DNA of 64,000 nt, taken from a bacterium. GTDB lineage: Bacteria; Zhuqueibacterota; Zhuqueibacteria; Residuimicrobiales; Krinioviventaceae. Made by a program: the position numbers and the translations under genes. The notes below the pieces were generated by a model that was not told the DNA's origin, searched no databases, and saw only the letters and a program-made list of their open reading frames with translations. Positions 10,631 through 20,997 of this stretch are shown one piece after another. The first letter of the stretch is position 1. Each line of letters begins with the position of its first letter. The DNA lies in NCBI GenBank assembly GCA_963675755.2, contig CAXXMD010000001.1:288001-352000 (forward strand), given 5' to 3'.

Positions 10631-12940
10631 ATGAAACAAAGTCTAATCTCCATTATGGTTGTATTTTTACTATCTCTTTTTTCTTGCAGTCAGAAAACTG
10701 AATGGATTGATTATGTTGACCCGTTGATTGGTACGGGCCCCAGTACAACTAAAAGTAATATGAAGCATGGATCTGAACATGTAAATTATGCAAATGCTCA
10801 GGTCATTCCGGCAGTTACCATGCCGTTTGGGATGACAAACTGGACTCCCCAAACCCGGGAAACTGAAAAAAAATGTAATGCGCCATTCTATTATACTGAT
10901 CCCTATATCCAGGGATTCCGGGCCAGTCATTGGTTAAGTGGATCCTGTGCACAGGATTACGGCAGTTTTACTATTATGCCGGTTACCGGTGAATTAAAAT
11001 GTGCTCCATCTGTTCGTGGTGCCCATTTTGACCAGAATGCACAAATTACATCTCCGGCGTATTATGCCGTAGAATTGGAAGATTATCATGTAAAAGCTGA
11101 AATGACAGCATCAACCCGAAGTGCAATTTTTCGTTTCACTTTTGAAAATGCAGATTCTGCATTTATTCTCATTGATACCAACAGCGATGAAGGACAAGGC
11201 TTTATTCAGGTGAATCACGAGGCAAATGAGATTGTAGGTTATAATCCTGTTCACAGACTTTATCAGGGAATTGGTAAATATGCAGGATTTAAAGGATATT
11301 TTGTGATAAAGTTCGATAAACCGTTGCAGAATTTTGGTGTTTATCAGGAGAATACGCCGAAATACAAACAAAACAATATAAAAGATGAAAACAATATCGG
11401 CGGGTTTGCCGCTTTTCAGGTTAAAGCCGGTGATGAGTTATTGGTCAAAGCCGCGTCATCTTTTACCAGTATTGAACAGGCCAGAAAAAATCTGGATACA
11501 GAAATTCCAAATTGGGATTTTGAAAAAGTACATCAAAATATTCGTGACCATTGGAATGATTTATTGGGTCGTTACGAGATCAAATCCAAAAATAAAGATG
11601 ATTATGTTAAATTCTATACATCCATATACCATTGCTATCAACAACCCAGAATTGTAAATGATGTTGATGGTACCTATACCGGATTTGCACAGGATGATAA
11701 TGTATATCAAGCTGATGGATTTAATTATTTTGACGATTTTTCCATGTGGGATACATACAGAGCATTACATCCCTTGTATACCATCATGAACACCAAAGAA
11801 ACTATTTCGATGTTAAAATCCATTGTTATGAAAGCAGAGCAGGGCGGCTGGCTGCCAATTTTCCCCATGTACAACAGTTATACTTCTGCAATGATTGGTG
11901 ATCATATGATTTCTCTGGTTGGCGATGCATATATGAAAGGAATTGATGATTTTGATGTTGAAACCGCATATAAATATATGCGTCAGAATGCGTTCGAGTC
12001 TCCCGAGTCTTTAGATGATTATGCAGATGGCAAAGGACGACGTTCTTTGGGATCATATCTTAAATACGGATATATTCCGGTTGAAGATCCGGTACTTTAT
12101 GCTTTTCATAAACGGGAACAGAGTTCACGCACACTGGAATATGCTTATGATGATTTTGTACTTGCCGAAATTGCACAAAAACTGGGCAAAACAGATGATT
12201 ATAACAAACTCCTGGAACGGGCGCAATATTATAAAAATGTATTTGATCCAAATCTCGGGTATCTGCGCGGTAAACACCAAGATGGCAGCTGGGTTAAAGA
12301 TGCGGATTATAAAAAGCCACAACGATATGTTACCGAAGCAACACCTTTTCACTATTCCTGGTATGTTCCACATGATGTAGCGGGCCTGATTGATATAATG
12401 GGTGGTGCCGATTCTTTTACAGCAAGGCTGGATACTTTTTTTGTAGAAACCCACTATTGGCATGGAAACGAACCCAGTCATCAGGTGGTGTATATGTACA
12501 ATTATGCAGGGTATCCTGAAAAAGCACAAAAGACTATCCGTAATATTTTAAAAGAAGAATATGATGTGGGCCCAGGCGGTTTGAGCGGTAATGACGATTC
12601 GGGACAAATGTCTGCGTGGTATTTGTTTTCTGCTTTAGGCTTTTATCCGGTGTGCCCGGGTGTTCCTGAATATGTAATTGGAACACCATCATTTGATATC
12701 GTAACATTAACATTGGAAAATGATCGTAAATTCAAAATTATAGCTCACAATAATTCTGATGAAAATTGTTATATTGAATCCATTAAACTCAATGGTAATG
12801 ACTATAATAAAACATTTATTACTCATAAAGATATTGTGGCAGGTGGGAAATTGGAGTTCTTTATGACTTTTGATCCCAATACGGGTTGGGGAAGTGATAA
12901 TGATTCTGTTCCTTATTCTTTGTCAAATACAATACAGTAA
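10631..12940 (+). CDS. GH92 alpha-mannosidase-like glycoside hydrolase, lipoprotein
   Basis: Start moved to ATG 10631 (AAGGAG RBS, lipobox LFSC); YVDPLIGTG, PFGMTNWTP, FSMWDTYRALHPL, SRTLEYAYDD, GNEPSH, GNDDSGQMSAW. Confidence 0.93.
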   Translation: MKQSLISIMVVFLLSLFSCSQKTEWIDYVDPLIGTGPSTTKSNMKHGSEHVNYANAQVIPAVTMPFGMTNWTPQTRETEKKCNAPFYYTDPYIQGFRASHWLSGSCAQDYGSFTIMPVTGELKCAPSVRGAHFDQNAQITSPAYYAVELEDYHVKAEMTASTRSAIFRFTFENADSAFILIDTNSDEGQGFIQVNHEANEIVGYNPVHRLYQGIGKYAGFKGYFVIKFDKPLQNFGVYQENTPKYKQNNIKDENNIGGFAAFQVKAGDELLVKAASSFTSIEQARKNLDTEIPNWDFEKVHQNIRDHWNDLLGRYEIKSKNKDDYVKFYTSIYHCYQQPRIVNDVDGTYTGFAQDDNVYQADGFNYFDDFSMWDTYRALHPLYTIMNTKETISMLKSIVMKAEQGGWLPIFPMYNSYTSAMIGDHMISLVGDAYMKGIDDFDVETAYKYMRQNAFESPESLDDYADGKGRRSLGSYLKYGYIPVEDPVLYAFHKREQSSRTLEYAYDDFVLAEIAQKLGKTDDYNKLLERAQYYKNVFDPNLGYLRGKHQDGSWVKDADYKKPQRYVTEATPFHYSWYVPHDVAGLIDIMGGADSFTARLDTFFVETHYWHGNEPSHQVVYMYNYAGYPEKAQKTIRNILKEEYDVGPGGLSGNDDSGQMSAWYLFSALGFYPVCPGVPEYVIGTPSFDIVTLTLENDRKFKIIAHNNSDENCYIESIKLNGNDYNKTFITHKDIVAGGKLEFFMTFDPNTGWGSDNDSVPYSLSNTIQ

Positions 12941-12964
12941 TATTTAATATTATTTATAAAATTA

Positions 12965-13010
12965 AAATCCCGTCATGTCAAATTTTTGAAATGTGACGGG
13001 AGATTTATTT
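12965..13010 (+). terminator. Stem-loop / probable terminator after the first GH92
   Basis: TCCCGTCA…TGACGGGA inverted repeat followed by T-rich sequence. Confidence 0.55.
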
Positions 13011-13209
13011 GTCTAATAACGGATGCTGTTAAAGTGTGTTTTTAGAAAAAACATTGAGATTTAATAAAAAATAACTATATTAAAAAATATTTATTTTATC
13101 GCAAATATATTATGTTGTTGTAATAAAGTAGCAGAGATTAGCAGGCACCTTTTCTGATAATTTAATCTGATTTGATATTATTCTCATTAAATTTTAAAAC
13201 GGATAAAAA

Positions 13210-15249
13210 ATGCGTAAAATAATTTTCTACTCTATTGTAATATTTTTTACATCAATTCTGTCAGCCGCTGATTTGACCAGGTATGTTGATCCATTTATCT
13301 GTTCGGCAGGAGATCATGGACAACTTGATCCATCTGCAAATGTTCCCTTTGGGATGATCAAATTGGGGCCCCAGACGCTTCCCGGTGGTCATACCGGATA
13401 TGATTATAATGCCAAAGAAATATCTGGTTTTACCCACACCCGCTTGATGGGAGTAGGGTGCAGTGGCGCAGGTGGAGTACTGTTAACCAAGCCAGGATTA
13501 GGTGAGCCGAATGCAGACGCCGTAGAATATCTCAAAAATAGCGAAACTGCTACTCCTGGTTACTATGCTGTTAAATTTACCAATGGCATTCAGGCCGAGA
13601 TGACAATTAATCAACATGTGGGTTTGCAGCGTTTTACTTTTCCTCAATCCGATAAATCATTTATCATGATTGATCCGGCTTCTTCAATAGAGCAGGTACT
13701 CAGTTCTGAATATAAAATTAAATCTAACCGTGAAATTACTGGTAGAATAACTGCGCGTAATAATTGTAAGTTTGGCATGTACACCAATTATTATGTTATT
13801 ACTTTTGATAAGGCATTTGATTCTGTTGAAGAAAAAGACGGCAAAGTATTTCTGGTTTTTTCTTTAAAGCAAAATGATACTGTCAACATGAGTACAGCAC
13901 TTTCTCCGTTAAGTGTTGAACAGGCCAGAGAGGATTTGTACTCTGCATTACAAAACAAGTCTTTTGATACAGTTAAAGCAGAAGCACAGCAGGCCTGGGA
14001 GAAAATTTTTGAACGGGTTGTTGTTGAGGGTAAAGAAGAGTATAAAACCTTGTTTTATACCCATCTGTATCATTCCAGTTTATCTCCGTTCAACAGTACC
14101 AGCTCTTCCGGTACGTACAGGGGAACGGACAATAAAATTTACAAAGCTGAAGGTTATACCCATTACGATTCATGGTCCATTTGGGATACATTTCGCACAA
14201 AATTTCCCCTTGTAACTTTGCTTGAACCCGGTTTGATGCGGGATTTTTGTTTGTCACTGGTTGATTTGTACAATACAGGTTTAACGTATCAGCCGAGTAA
14301 TAGTGAACCCATTGTTACCTGCCGTACTGAGCATGCATCTATAGTTTTACTGGATGCGTGGAAAAAGGGCATTCCTTTTGATTTAAAAGCGGTTTATCCC
14401 AAGCTGGTAGAAGAAACAAAACAGTTTTCTACCGATTCTCCTGATAAAAAGCTGGAAGCAGCATATGATTATTGGGGATTAGCAGAAATTGCTAAAATCG
14501 TAGGAAATGATGCTGACTATGTTAAATATTCCAAAATGGCCGGTATGTATAAAGACATCTGGGTGGAAAAATTCAAAGTCATGAATGAAAATGCAGACAT
14601 CATGCATGGTGATGGATTATATGAAGGAACACTTTGGCAGTATCGCTGGTTTGTTCCCCAGGATATTTCGGGATTGTTGGAATTGTTTGAAGGAAAAGAC
14701 AATTACACTCAAGATTTAACCTATTTTTATGAAAATGATCTTTATAATCACGGTAATCAACCGGATATACATGTGCCGTTCATGTTTGCATTCAGCAACT
14801 CACCCTGGTTATCTCAAAAGTGGGTGAATGAAATATTAACCAAAGAAACAAAAAATTATTATGGTACCCATGTGAAATGGGACAAACCTTTTGTTGGTAG
14901 AATCTATAATACCAGTCCGCAAGGCTATATTCCAGAGATGGATGACGATGATGGAACCATGTCTGCCTGGTATGTTTTTGCAGCAATGGGGCTATATCCG
15001 TATTGTGTAGGTAAACCTGAATACGTGATAACCACCCCAATTTTTGACAACATCAAGATAGATCTTGAAAATGGTAATCCGTTAGAAATTAAAACCAAAA
15101 ACTTTTCTGATGAAAATTACTATATTCAATCTGTAACGTTTAATGGAAAAAAAATAAATTCGGCAATAATTACCCACGAGCAGCTGATGGAAGGCGGCGT
15201 TCTGGAGTATGAATTGGGAAACAAGCCCAATACTAAATTATTCAAGTAA
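13210..15249 (+). CDS. GH92 family glycoside hydrolase (shorter, divergent paralog)
   Basis: Signal peptide; YVDPFI, PFGMIKLGP, WSIWDTFRT, YEGTLWQY, GNQPDIH, DDDDGTMSAWYV. Confidence 0.9.
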   Translation: MRKIIFYSIVIFFTSILSAADLTRYVDPFICSAGDHGQLDPSANVPFGMIKLGPQTLPGGHTGYDYNAKEISGFTHTRLMGVGCSGAGGVLLTKPGLGEPNADAVEYLKNSETATPGYYAVKFTNGIQAEMTINQHVGLQRFTFPQSDKSFIMIDPASSIEQVLSSEYKIKSNREITGRITARNNCKFGMYTNYYVITFDKAFDSVEEKDGKVFLVFSLKQNDTVNMSTALSPLSVEQAREDLYSALQNKSFDTVKAEAQQAWEKIFERVVVEGKEEYKTLFYTHLYHSSLSPFNSTSSSGTYRGTDNKIYKAEGYTHYDSWSIWDTFRTKFPLVTLLEPGLMRDFCLSLVDLYNTGLTYQPSNSEPIVTCRTEHASIVLLDAWKKGIPFDLKAVYPKLVEETKQFSTDSPDKKLEAAYDYWGLAEIAKIVGNDADYVKYSKMAGMYKDIWVEKFKVMNENADIMHGDGLYEGTLWQYRWFVPQDISGLLELFEGKDNYTQDLTYFYENDLYNHGNQPDIHVPFMFAFSNSPWLSQKWVNEILTKETKNYYGTHVKWDKPFVGRIYNTSPQGYIPEMDDDDGTMSAWYVFAAMGLYPYCVGKPEYVITTPIFDNIKIDLENGNPLEIKTKNFSDENYYIQSVTFNGKKINSAIITHEQLMEGGVLEYELGNKPNTKLFK

Positions 15250-15285
15250 TCCACCAAACCGAATTGAAAAACAGGAGTATACTTT

Positions 15286-15855
15286 ATGAACCCCGCAATT
15301 AAAGATGCAATTGCCTTCCATAAACAGGCAATTGATGAATTTGAAAAAAACAGCCCGGCGTTATTACAAGAGATCGCCGATGCAATTACTAAAAGTTTGA
15401 ATAACAAAGGTACAGTTTACCTTTGTGGTAATGGTGGCTCTGCTGCCGATTGCCAGCATATAGCAGGTGAATTTGTAGGACGTTTTCGCAAAGAACGCAA
15501 AGCATTACCGGGAGTGGCATTGTCAACAGATACTTCAGTAATTACATGTCTTGGCAATGATTATGATTATAAAGATATTTTTTCACGTCAGGTTGAAGCT
15601 TTAATGGACAGCCAGGATATGTTGTGGGCATTTTCCACCAGTGGTACATCTGCAAATGTTATCAAAGCTGCAAAAGCAGCCAAAGAAAAAGGCGCCAAGG
15701 TTATAGCTTTTACCGGAAAAAGCAACAGCGAACTGGAAAAGATATCTGATTATTGTATCTGTGCAAACGCCAACTGGACCAGCACTTCTCAGGAAGTACA
15801 TCAGCTTTCTTACCATATAATATGTGATATTGTCGAACAGAACTTTGTAGAATAG
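15286..15855 (+). CDS. gmhA: Phosphoheptose (sedoheptulose-7-phosphate) isomerase, SIS domain
   Basis: AGGAG RBS; CGNGGSAADCQHIAGEFVGRF, GNDY, FSRQVEA, STSGTS, QEVH motifs. Confidence 0.92.
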   Translation: MNPAIKDAIAFHKQAIDEFEKNSPALLQEIADAITKSLNNKGTVYLCGNGGSAADCQHIAGEFVGRFRKERKALPGVALSTDTSVITCLGNDYDYKDIFSRQVEALMDSQDMLWAFSTSGTSANVIKAAKAAKEKGAKVIAFTGKSNSELEKISDYCICANANWTSTSQEVHQLSYHIICDIVEQNFVE

Positions 15856-15870
15856 AAATTTGAGGGAATA

Positions 15871-17775
15871 ATGAAAATTGAACGTGTCCGTGAGATCACT
15901 GAAAAAATTAAAGATGTAAAAATCGCCGTTTATGGAGATTTTTGCCTTGATGTATACTGGCCGCTTGATCCTAAAGGTGGTGAAATGTCAGTGGAAACTG
16001 GTATTCAGGCTGAAGCTGTTAGCCAGCAAAGTTATTCGCTTGGTGGCGCTTCAAATATTGTAGCAAATTTAACTGCGCTTAATCCTGCTTTGATCAAGGT
16101 AATTGGCGTAAGAGGTGACGATGTTTTTGGCCGGGAACTTGAACGTCTGTTAAAAGAAAAAAATGTAGATACCAGTGAACTGTTTATTCAAAAAGAGAAT
16201 TTTGATACATTCACTTATATTAAGCGCATTTTGGAAGATAAAGAACAACCCCGAATTGATTTTGGCTTTTTAAATAAACGATCTGCTGAAACCGATGAAA
16301 AATTATTAGCAGGTATTGAAAAAGCACTGCAGGAATTTGATATTATTATATTCAACCAACAGGTTGTAGGCAGTATACCCAACAAGGCCTTTATTGAAAA
16401 GGTCAATGAATTATGTCAAAAATATCCTGATAAAAATCTGGTGTTTGATTCACGCCATTATGGTGCCGAGTTTCACTATGTTTTGCGTAAACTGAATGAT
16501 ATTGAGGCAGGTATTTTAAATGGTGTTGAATATGAAGCGACTGATGTAATTACTGTTCAGGATGCTGAAGTTTATGCCAAGGCCCTTTATGAACGCTCTA
16601 AAAAACCGGTTGTACTGACTCGTGGTGGCCGTGGAATTCTGGTTTGTGATGAAACCGGTGTTACCGAGATTCCCGGTATTCAATTGTTAAAGAAACTAGA
16701 TACCGTAGGTGCGGGTGATACCACTATTAGTGCATTAGCACTCTGTCTGGCCGCTGGAATTGATACGGTTGATGCTGCCCGTTTTGCCAACATGGCTGCG
16801 GCTGTAACGGTACAAAAACTTTATACAACCGGAACCGCAAATGCTGAAGAAATAATGCAAATTGCGAGTGATACCAACTATTTATATCAACCGGAACTTG
16901 CCGATGATCCACGAAAAGCACAATATTACAAAGATACTGAAATCGAGTTGACATACAGTCTGGATTCCATGCAATTTGGCAGAATTAAATTTGCTGTATT
17001 TGATCATGATGGCACCATCAGTACCTTGCGTCAGGGCTGGGAAGCCATTATGGAACCCATGATGGTAAAAGCGATTCTGGGTGATCAGTATGAAACCGCT
17101 GGTGAAACCTTGTATCATAACGTTGTTCAACGTGTTCGTGATTTTATTGATCAATCTGTTGGAATTCAGACCATTTTGCAAATGGAAGCTCTTGTTGAAC
17201 TTGTTAAAGAATTTGGTATTGTACCGGAGGACCAGATTCTCGATAAATTTGGTTACAAAGAAATTTACAATGATGCATTGATGATTTCTGTTCGTAAACG
17301 TATGGCAAAGCTGGAGCGTAAAGAATTGAGCACTCCGGATTGGACCATGAAAGGTGCTGTTGAATTTTTGCAATCGATGCGTGATAAAGGCGTAACTTTG
17401 TATATGGCTAGTGGAACCGATAAAGAAGACGTTATTAACGAAGCCAAAACCCTGGGTTATGCTGACCTGTTTAATGGCGGTATTTATGGCGCAGTTGGTG
17501 ATGTATCCAAGTTTTCGAAAAAAATGCTCATTGAGCAGATCATGAAAGAGAATAACCTGCATGGATCAGAATTGGTTGTTTTTGGTGATGGTCCGGTTGA
17601 AATCCGTGAATGTCGTAAACGGGATGGTATAGCTGTAGGTATTGCAAGTGATGAATTACAACGTCATAGCCTGAATATTGATAAACGTACCCGTTTGATC
17701 AAGGCTGGCGCCCAGGTCGTCATTCCTGATTATTCTCAACGTGATTATTTGATGGATTTATTATTTAATGGTTAA
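15871..17775 (+). CDS. Fusion of HldE/RfaE domain-I-like PfkB kinase and HAD-family hydrolase
   Basis: N-terminal GDFCLDVY, LGGASNIVANL, DTVGAGDT (PfkB anion hole); C-terminal FDHDGT (HAD motif I), ASGT, FGDGPVE. No cytidylyltransferase HxGH domain. Confidence 0.85.
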   Translation: MKIERVREITEKIKDVKIAVYGDFCLDVYWPLDPKGGEMSVETGIQAEAVSQQSYSLGGASNIVANLTALNPALIKVIGVRGDDVFGRELERLLKEKNVDTSELFIQKENFDTFTYIKRILEDKEQPRIDFGFLNKRSAETDEKLLAGIEKALQEFDIIIFNQQVVGSIPNKAFIEKVNELCQKYPDKNLVFDSRHYGAEFHYVLRKLNDIEAGILNGVEYEATDVITVQDAEVYAKALYERSKKPVVLTRGGRGILVCDETGVTEIPGIQLLKKLDTVGAGDTTISALALCLAAGIDTVDAARFANMAAAVTVQKLYTTGTANAEEIMQIASDTNYLYQPELADDPRKAQYYKDTEIELTYSLDSMQFGRIKFAVFDHDGTISTLRQGWEAIMEPMMVKAILGDQYETAGETLYHNVVQRVRDFIDQSVGIQTILQMEALVELVKEFGIVPEDQILDKFGYKEIYNDALMISVRKRMAKLERKELSTPDWTMKGAVEFLQSMRDKGVTLYMASGTDKEDVINEAKTLGYADLFNGGIYGAVGDVSKFSKKMLIEQIMKENNLHGSELVVFGDGPVEIRECRKRDGIAVGIASDELQRHSLNIDKRTRLIKAGAQVVIPDYSQRDYLMDLLFNG

Positions 17776-17794
17776 TTAGGTTTTCAGGTGTTGA

Positions 17795-19492
17795 ATGAAA
17801 AGAAGACGTTTTTTACAACTTGCTGGAGCAGTTTCTTTAACTGTTTCCAATAGATTCGCTTTTGCATCATCTTTAACCGAGTCAGATGTGTTTAAAACAC
17901 TCGTTCGGCAAAATGATGATCTGGTGAAAAAGCTTTTACAGGACCAGGAAACGGATGCATCGCATCAATGGTATGGAGCCATTCGAAACGATAATGGTAT
18001 ACATTATCCCATATTAACGGCTAATTATATCTGCTACCTGGTCAGTGCTTTTGTTACACCGGAATCAAATTATTACAAATCCAGCGAGTTGGTTAAATCG
18101 TTGGAACTTGCTGCGAACTATATGATCAATGTAAAGCATAAAGATGGTACAATTGATCTGCTCTCTACAAACTTTCATTCAACACCGGATACCGCTTTTG
18201 CGGTGGAATGGATTGCCATTGCATATACAATTTTGGACCAATCTTCTTTTACTGAAATGAATTCGTCCAAAGATGCGTTGGGTCGTTTTTTGAAAAATGC
18301 GGGCAATGCACTGACAGTGGGAGGTATACATACGCCGAACCATCGTTGGGTTGTCAGTATGGGGTTGGCGCGTATTCACTATTTATTTCCGGATGAAAAG
18401 TATGTTAAACGCATTAATCAATGGCTGAATGAAAAGATTGATATTGATGTGGATGGACAGTACAATGAAAAAAGTACTGCTATTTATTCACCCATTGTCG
18501 ATCGTTGTCTTTTAACCATTGCACGATTGTTGGACAATACTGAATTGTTTGAACCTGTTCGCAGAAATCTTGATATGACTTTGTATTATCTACATCCCAA
18601 TGGTGATGTAGATACAACCGCATCGAGACGTCAGGATCAGGGACGGCGCATGAGTATGGCCCCATATTATTACTCGTACCGTTTTATGGCATTAAAAGAT
18701 AAAAACGGCCAATTTGCATCAATCTGTAAATTAATTGAAAATACAGCGATTGATGGATTAAAGATCGATTTGCCATTATTGATTGAAGATAAAAGTTTAA
18801 CAAAATCATTACCCAAAGAACATCCATTACCAACCCATTATGCCAAACATTTTTCCGGCTCTGAATTGGTAAGAATTCGTCGTGGGGATAAAAGTGCAAC
18901 AATTGCTGTGAACAATTCTACATTTTTCTCATTTTACAAAGGAAATGCCGCTTTGACCGGTTTACGTTTTGCTTCATCATTTTTTGGTAGAAAAGGTCAA
19001 TTCAGTGCAAACCACTTGCAAATTGAGGGGAATAAATATATATTAACAAAAAAAGTAACAGGACCCTATTATCAACCTTATCCTGTTGATGAACTACCGA
19101 ATGATGGTGACTGGGATAAAATGCCCAGATCTAATCGGCCTTTGAGCGAGATCCAAACCTTGATATCGGAAATTGAAATTGTGGAAAATGATGGTGAATT
19201 TGCTGTCAATTTTCATATCCATGGTACTGATCGTATACCGTTTGCAATTGAACTGGGTTTTCGCGAAAACGGTAAGTTAAAAGGTGTTGTTCCGGTTCCC
19301 GGTATAGAGAATGCATTTCTTTTAGAATCCGGTATGGGCTCATTCACACTTGGTGATGATACGATTCAATTTGGCTCCGGTCAGGCAAAGCATACATGGA
19401 CACAATTAAGAGGTGCAGAACCTAAACTTGAAGGTAAAAGTGTTTACATTACCGGTTACACACCTTTGCAATATACTTTAAAAATCAGTTGA
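17795..19492 (+). CDS. Tat-exported hypothetical protein, probable helical-toroid plus beta-sandwich carbohydrate-active enzyme
   Basis: MKRRRFLQ twin-arginine signal; GGIHTPNHRW, DGQYNEKS, SRRQD motifs; beta-rich C-terminus. Confidence 0.7.
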   Translation: MKRRRFLQLAGAVSLTVSNRFAFASSLTESDVFKTLVRQNDDLVKKLLQDQETDASHQWYGAIRNDNGIHYPILTANYICYLVSAFVTPESNYYKSSELVKSLELAANYMINVKHKDGTIDLLSTNFHSTPDTAFAVEWIAIAYTILDQSSFTEMNSSKDALGRFLKNAGNALTVGGIHTPNHRWVVSMGLARIHYLFPDEKYVKRINQWLNEKIDIDVDGQYNEKSTAIYSPIVDRCLLTIARLLDNTELFEPVRRNLDMTLYYLHPNGDVDTTASRRQDQGRRMSMAPYYYSYRFMALKDKNGQFASICKLIENTAIDGLKIDLPLLIEDKSLTKSLPKEHPLPTHYAKHFSGSELVRIRRGDKSATIAVNNSTFFSFYKGNAALTGLRFASSFFGRKGQFSANHLQIEGNKYILTKKVTGPYYQPYPVDELPNDGDWDKMPRSNRPLSEIQTLISEIEIVENDGEFAVNFHIHGTDRIPFAIELGFRENGKLKGVVPVPGIENAFLLESGMGSFTLGDDTIQFGSGQAKHTWTQLRGAEPKLEGKSVYITGYTPLQYTLKIS

Positions 19493-19533
19493 TACTTAAC
19501 ATACCGTCACTCACTTAAACGAGGGAAGATGAA

Positions 19534-20811
19534 ATGAATACCACTACCGCGTCGGCAGGCGCAGCGACTTCTGGAAACAGGAGAAAGTACCTTGTACCTT
19601 TTTTATTAATGACCCTGTTGTTCTTTTTATGGGGTGCTATCGTTTCTCTTAACGATATTTTAATACCTCACCTTAAAAGCCTGTTCAACATGAATTATGC
19701 TCAAACCATGTTGATCCAGTTTTGTTACTTTGCAGCCTATTTCACCATGGCAGTTCCCGCAAGTATGATCATAGGCAAGATTGGTTATAAACGCGGTATT
19801 GTTGTTGGCTTACTCGTAGTAGGTGCGGGATGTTTAATCTTTATTCCTGCTGCATATGTTATTTCTTACGGCTTGTTCCTGTTTGGTCTTTTTGTAATGG
19901 CTACAGGTAATGTGTTTTTACAGGTTGTAGGTAATCCGTATGTTGCAATTCTTGGCCCAGCTGAAACTGCATCCAGTCGTTTGAACTTTGCACAGGGTAT
20001 TAATTCAATTGCTACCGCTTTGATGCCTTATCTTGGTGCTATTTTTATTCTGGGTGATTTTGATAACGCTGCAGATCATGCTGCATCTGTTCAGGGTCCC
20101 TATATTGTACTGGCAGGTTTTGCTGTTTTGGTTGCTATTATTTTTGCAATTCTGCATTTACCCACAATTCAAACTGAATCTAAAACCAAAGTTACTGGCA
20201 GTGTGTTGAGATTCCGTCAGCTTCGCTGGGGTGTTATTGCCCTGACACTTTATGTTGGTGCAGAGGTAACTATTGGTAGCTTTATTGTAAACTTTTTAGG
20301 CGAACCTTATATCGCCGGACTGGCAGAAAAAGCTGCAGCAAAATATATCCCCTTGTATTGGGGCGGTTTAATGGTTGGTCGTTTGTTGGGATCAGCTATC
20401 CTTCAAAAGATTAAAGCCAATGTAGTATTGGTTGTTGCTGCTATTATGTCATTTATCCTTGTTCTTGTAACTATCCTGACTCAGGGTAAAGTTGCAATGT
20501 GGTCAATCTTGTTAGTGGGATTGTTTAATTCTATCATGTGGTCTAATATTTTTGCTATGGCAATTGACGGACTGGGTGAGTATACCAATAAAGCATCTGG
20601 TATTCTGGTTATGGCACCTGTTGGTGGTGCAATTATTCCATTATTACAAGGTGTTTTGGCAGACATTCCGCAAATCGGATTGCATAATTCATATGTATTG
20701 CCTTTACTTTGTTACCTGGTTATCCTTTTCTATGGTATTAATGGATACAAACCTGGTAAAGATGAACTTGATATAAAACTTGATAGCGCCTTGAGTGCTG
20801 AAGCCGCTTAA
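19534..20811 (+). CDS. MFS sugar:H+ symporter, FucP/GluP family
   Basis: LFFLWG, LNDILIPHLK, NPYVAILG…SSRLNFAQ, YVGAEV, GLFNSIMW; about 12 TM segments. Confidence 0.93.
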   Translation: MNTTTASAGAATSGNRRKYLVPFLLMTLLFFLWGAIVSLNDILIPHLKSLFNMNYAQTMLIQFCYFAAYFTMAVPASMIIGKIGYKRGIVVGLLVVGAGCLIFIPAAYVISYGLFLFGLFVMATGNVFLQVVGNPYVAILGPAETASSRLNFAQGINSIATALMPYLGAIFILGDFDNAADHAASVQGPYIVLAGFAVLVAIIFAILHLPTIQTESKTKVTGSVLRFRQLRWGVIALTLYVGAEVTIGSFIVNFLGEPYIAGLAEKAAAKYIPLYWGGLMVGRLLGSAILQKIKANVVLVVAAIMSFILVLVTILTQGKVAMWSILLVGLFNSIMWSNIFAMAIDGLGEYTNKASGILVMAPVGGAIIPLLQGVLADIPQIGLHNSYVLPLLCYLVILFYGINGYKPGKDELDIKLDSALSAEAA

Positions 20812-20823
20812 TTGTTAACCGAC

Positions 20824-20870
20824 TGTAATATTTGCAGAGCTCTGGTGCTCTGCAAATATTACATATTTTT
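20824..20870 (+). terminator. Perfect 17-bp stem-loop, probable terminator
   Basis: TGTAATATTTGCAGAGC-tctggt-GCTCTGCAAATATTACA followed by TATTTTT. Confidence 0.7.
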
Positions 20871-20997
20871 ATAATATGTAATATTTACCCCATAATATCC
20901 AGAGTTCGTCTATACATTCGGATTCTTTATTCAGTTTGATCTATAACGCGTATATTTTCAATCGTACAGAACTTTATTTAAACACTGTTAATCCTGA

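Noticed and set aside
15286-17775. Ordinary ADP-heptose/LPS biosynthesis operon
   Set aside because: No nucleotidyltransferase, HldD or glycosyltransferase; the context is importers and secreted hydrolases. Not fully excluded without the rest of the genome.
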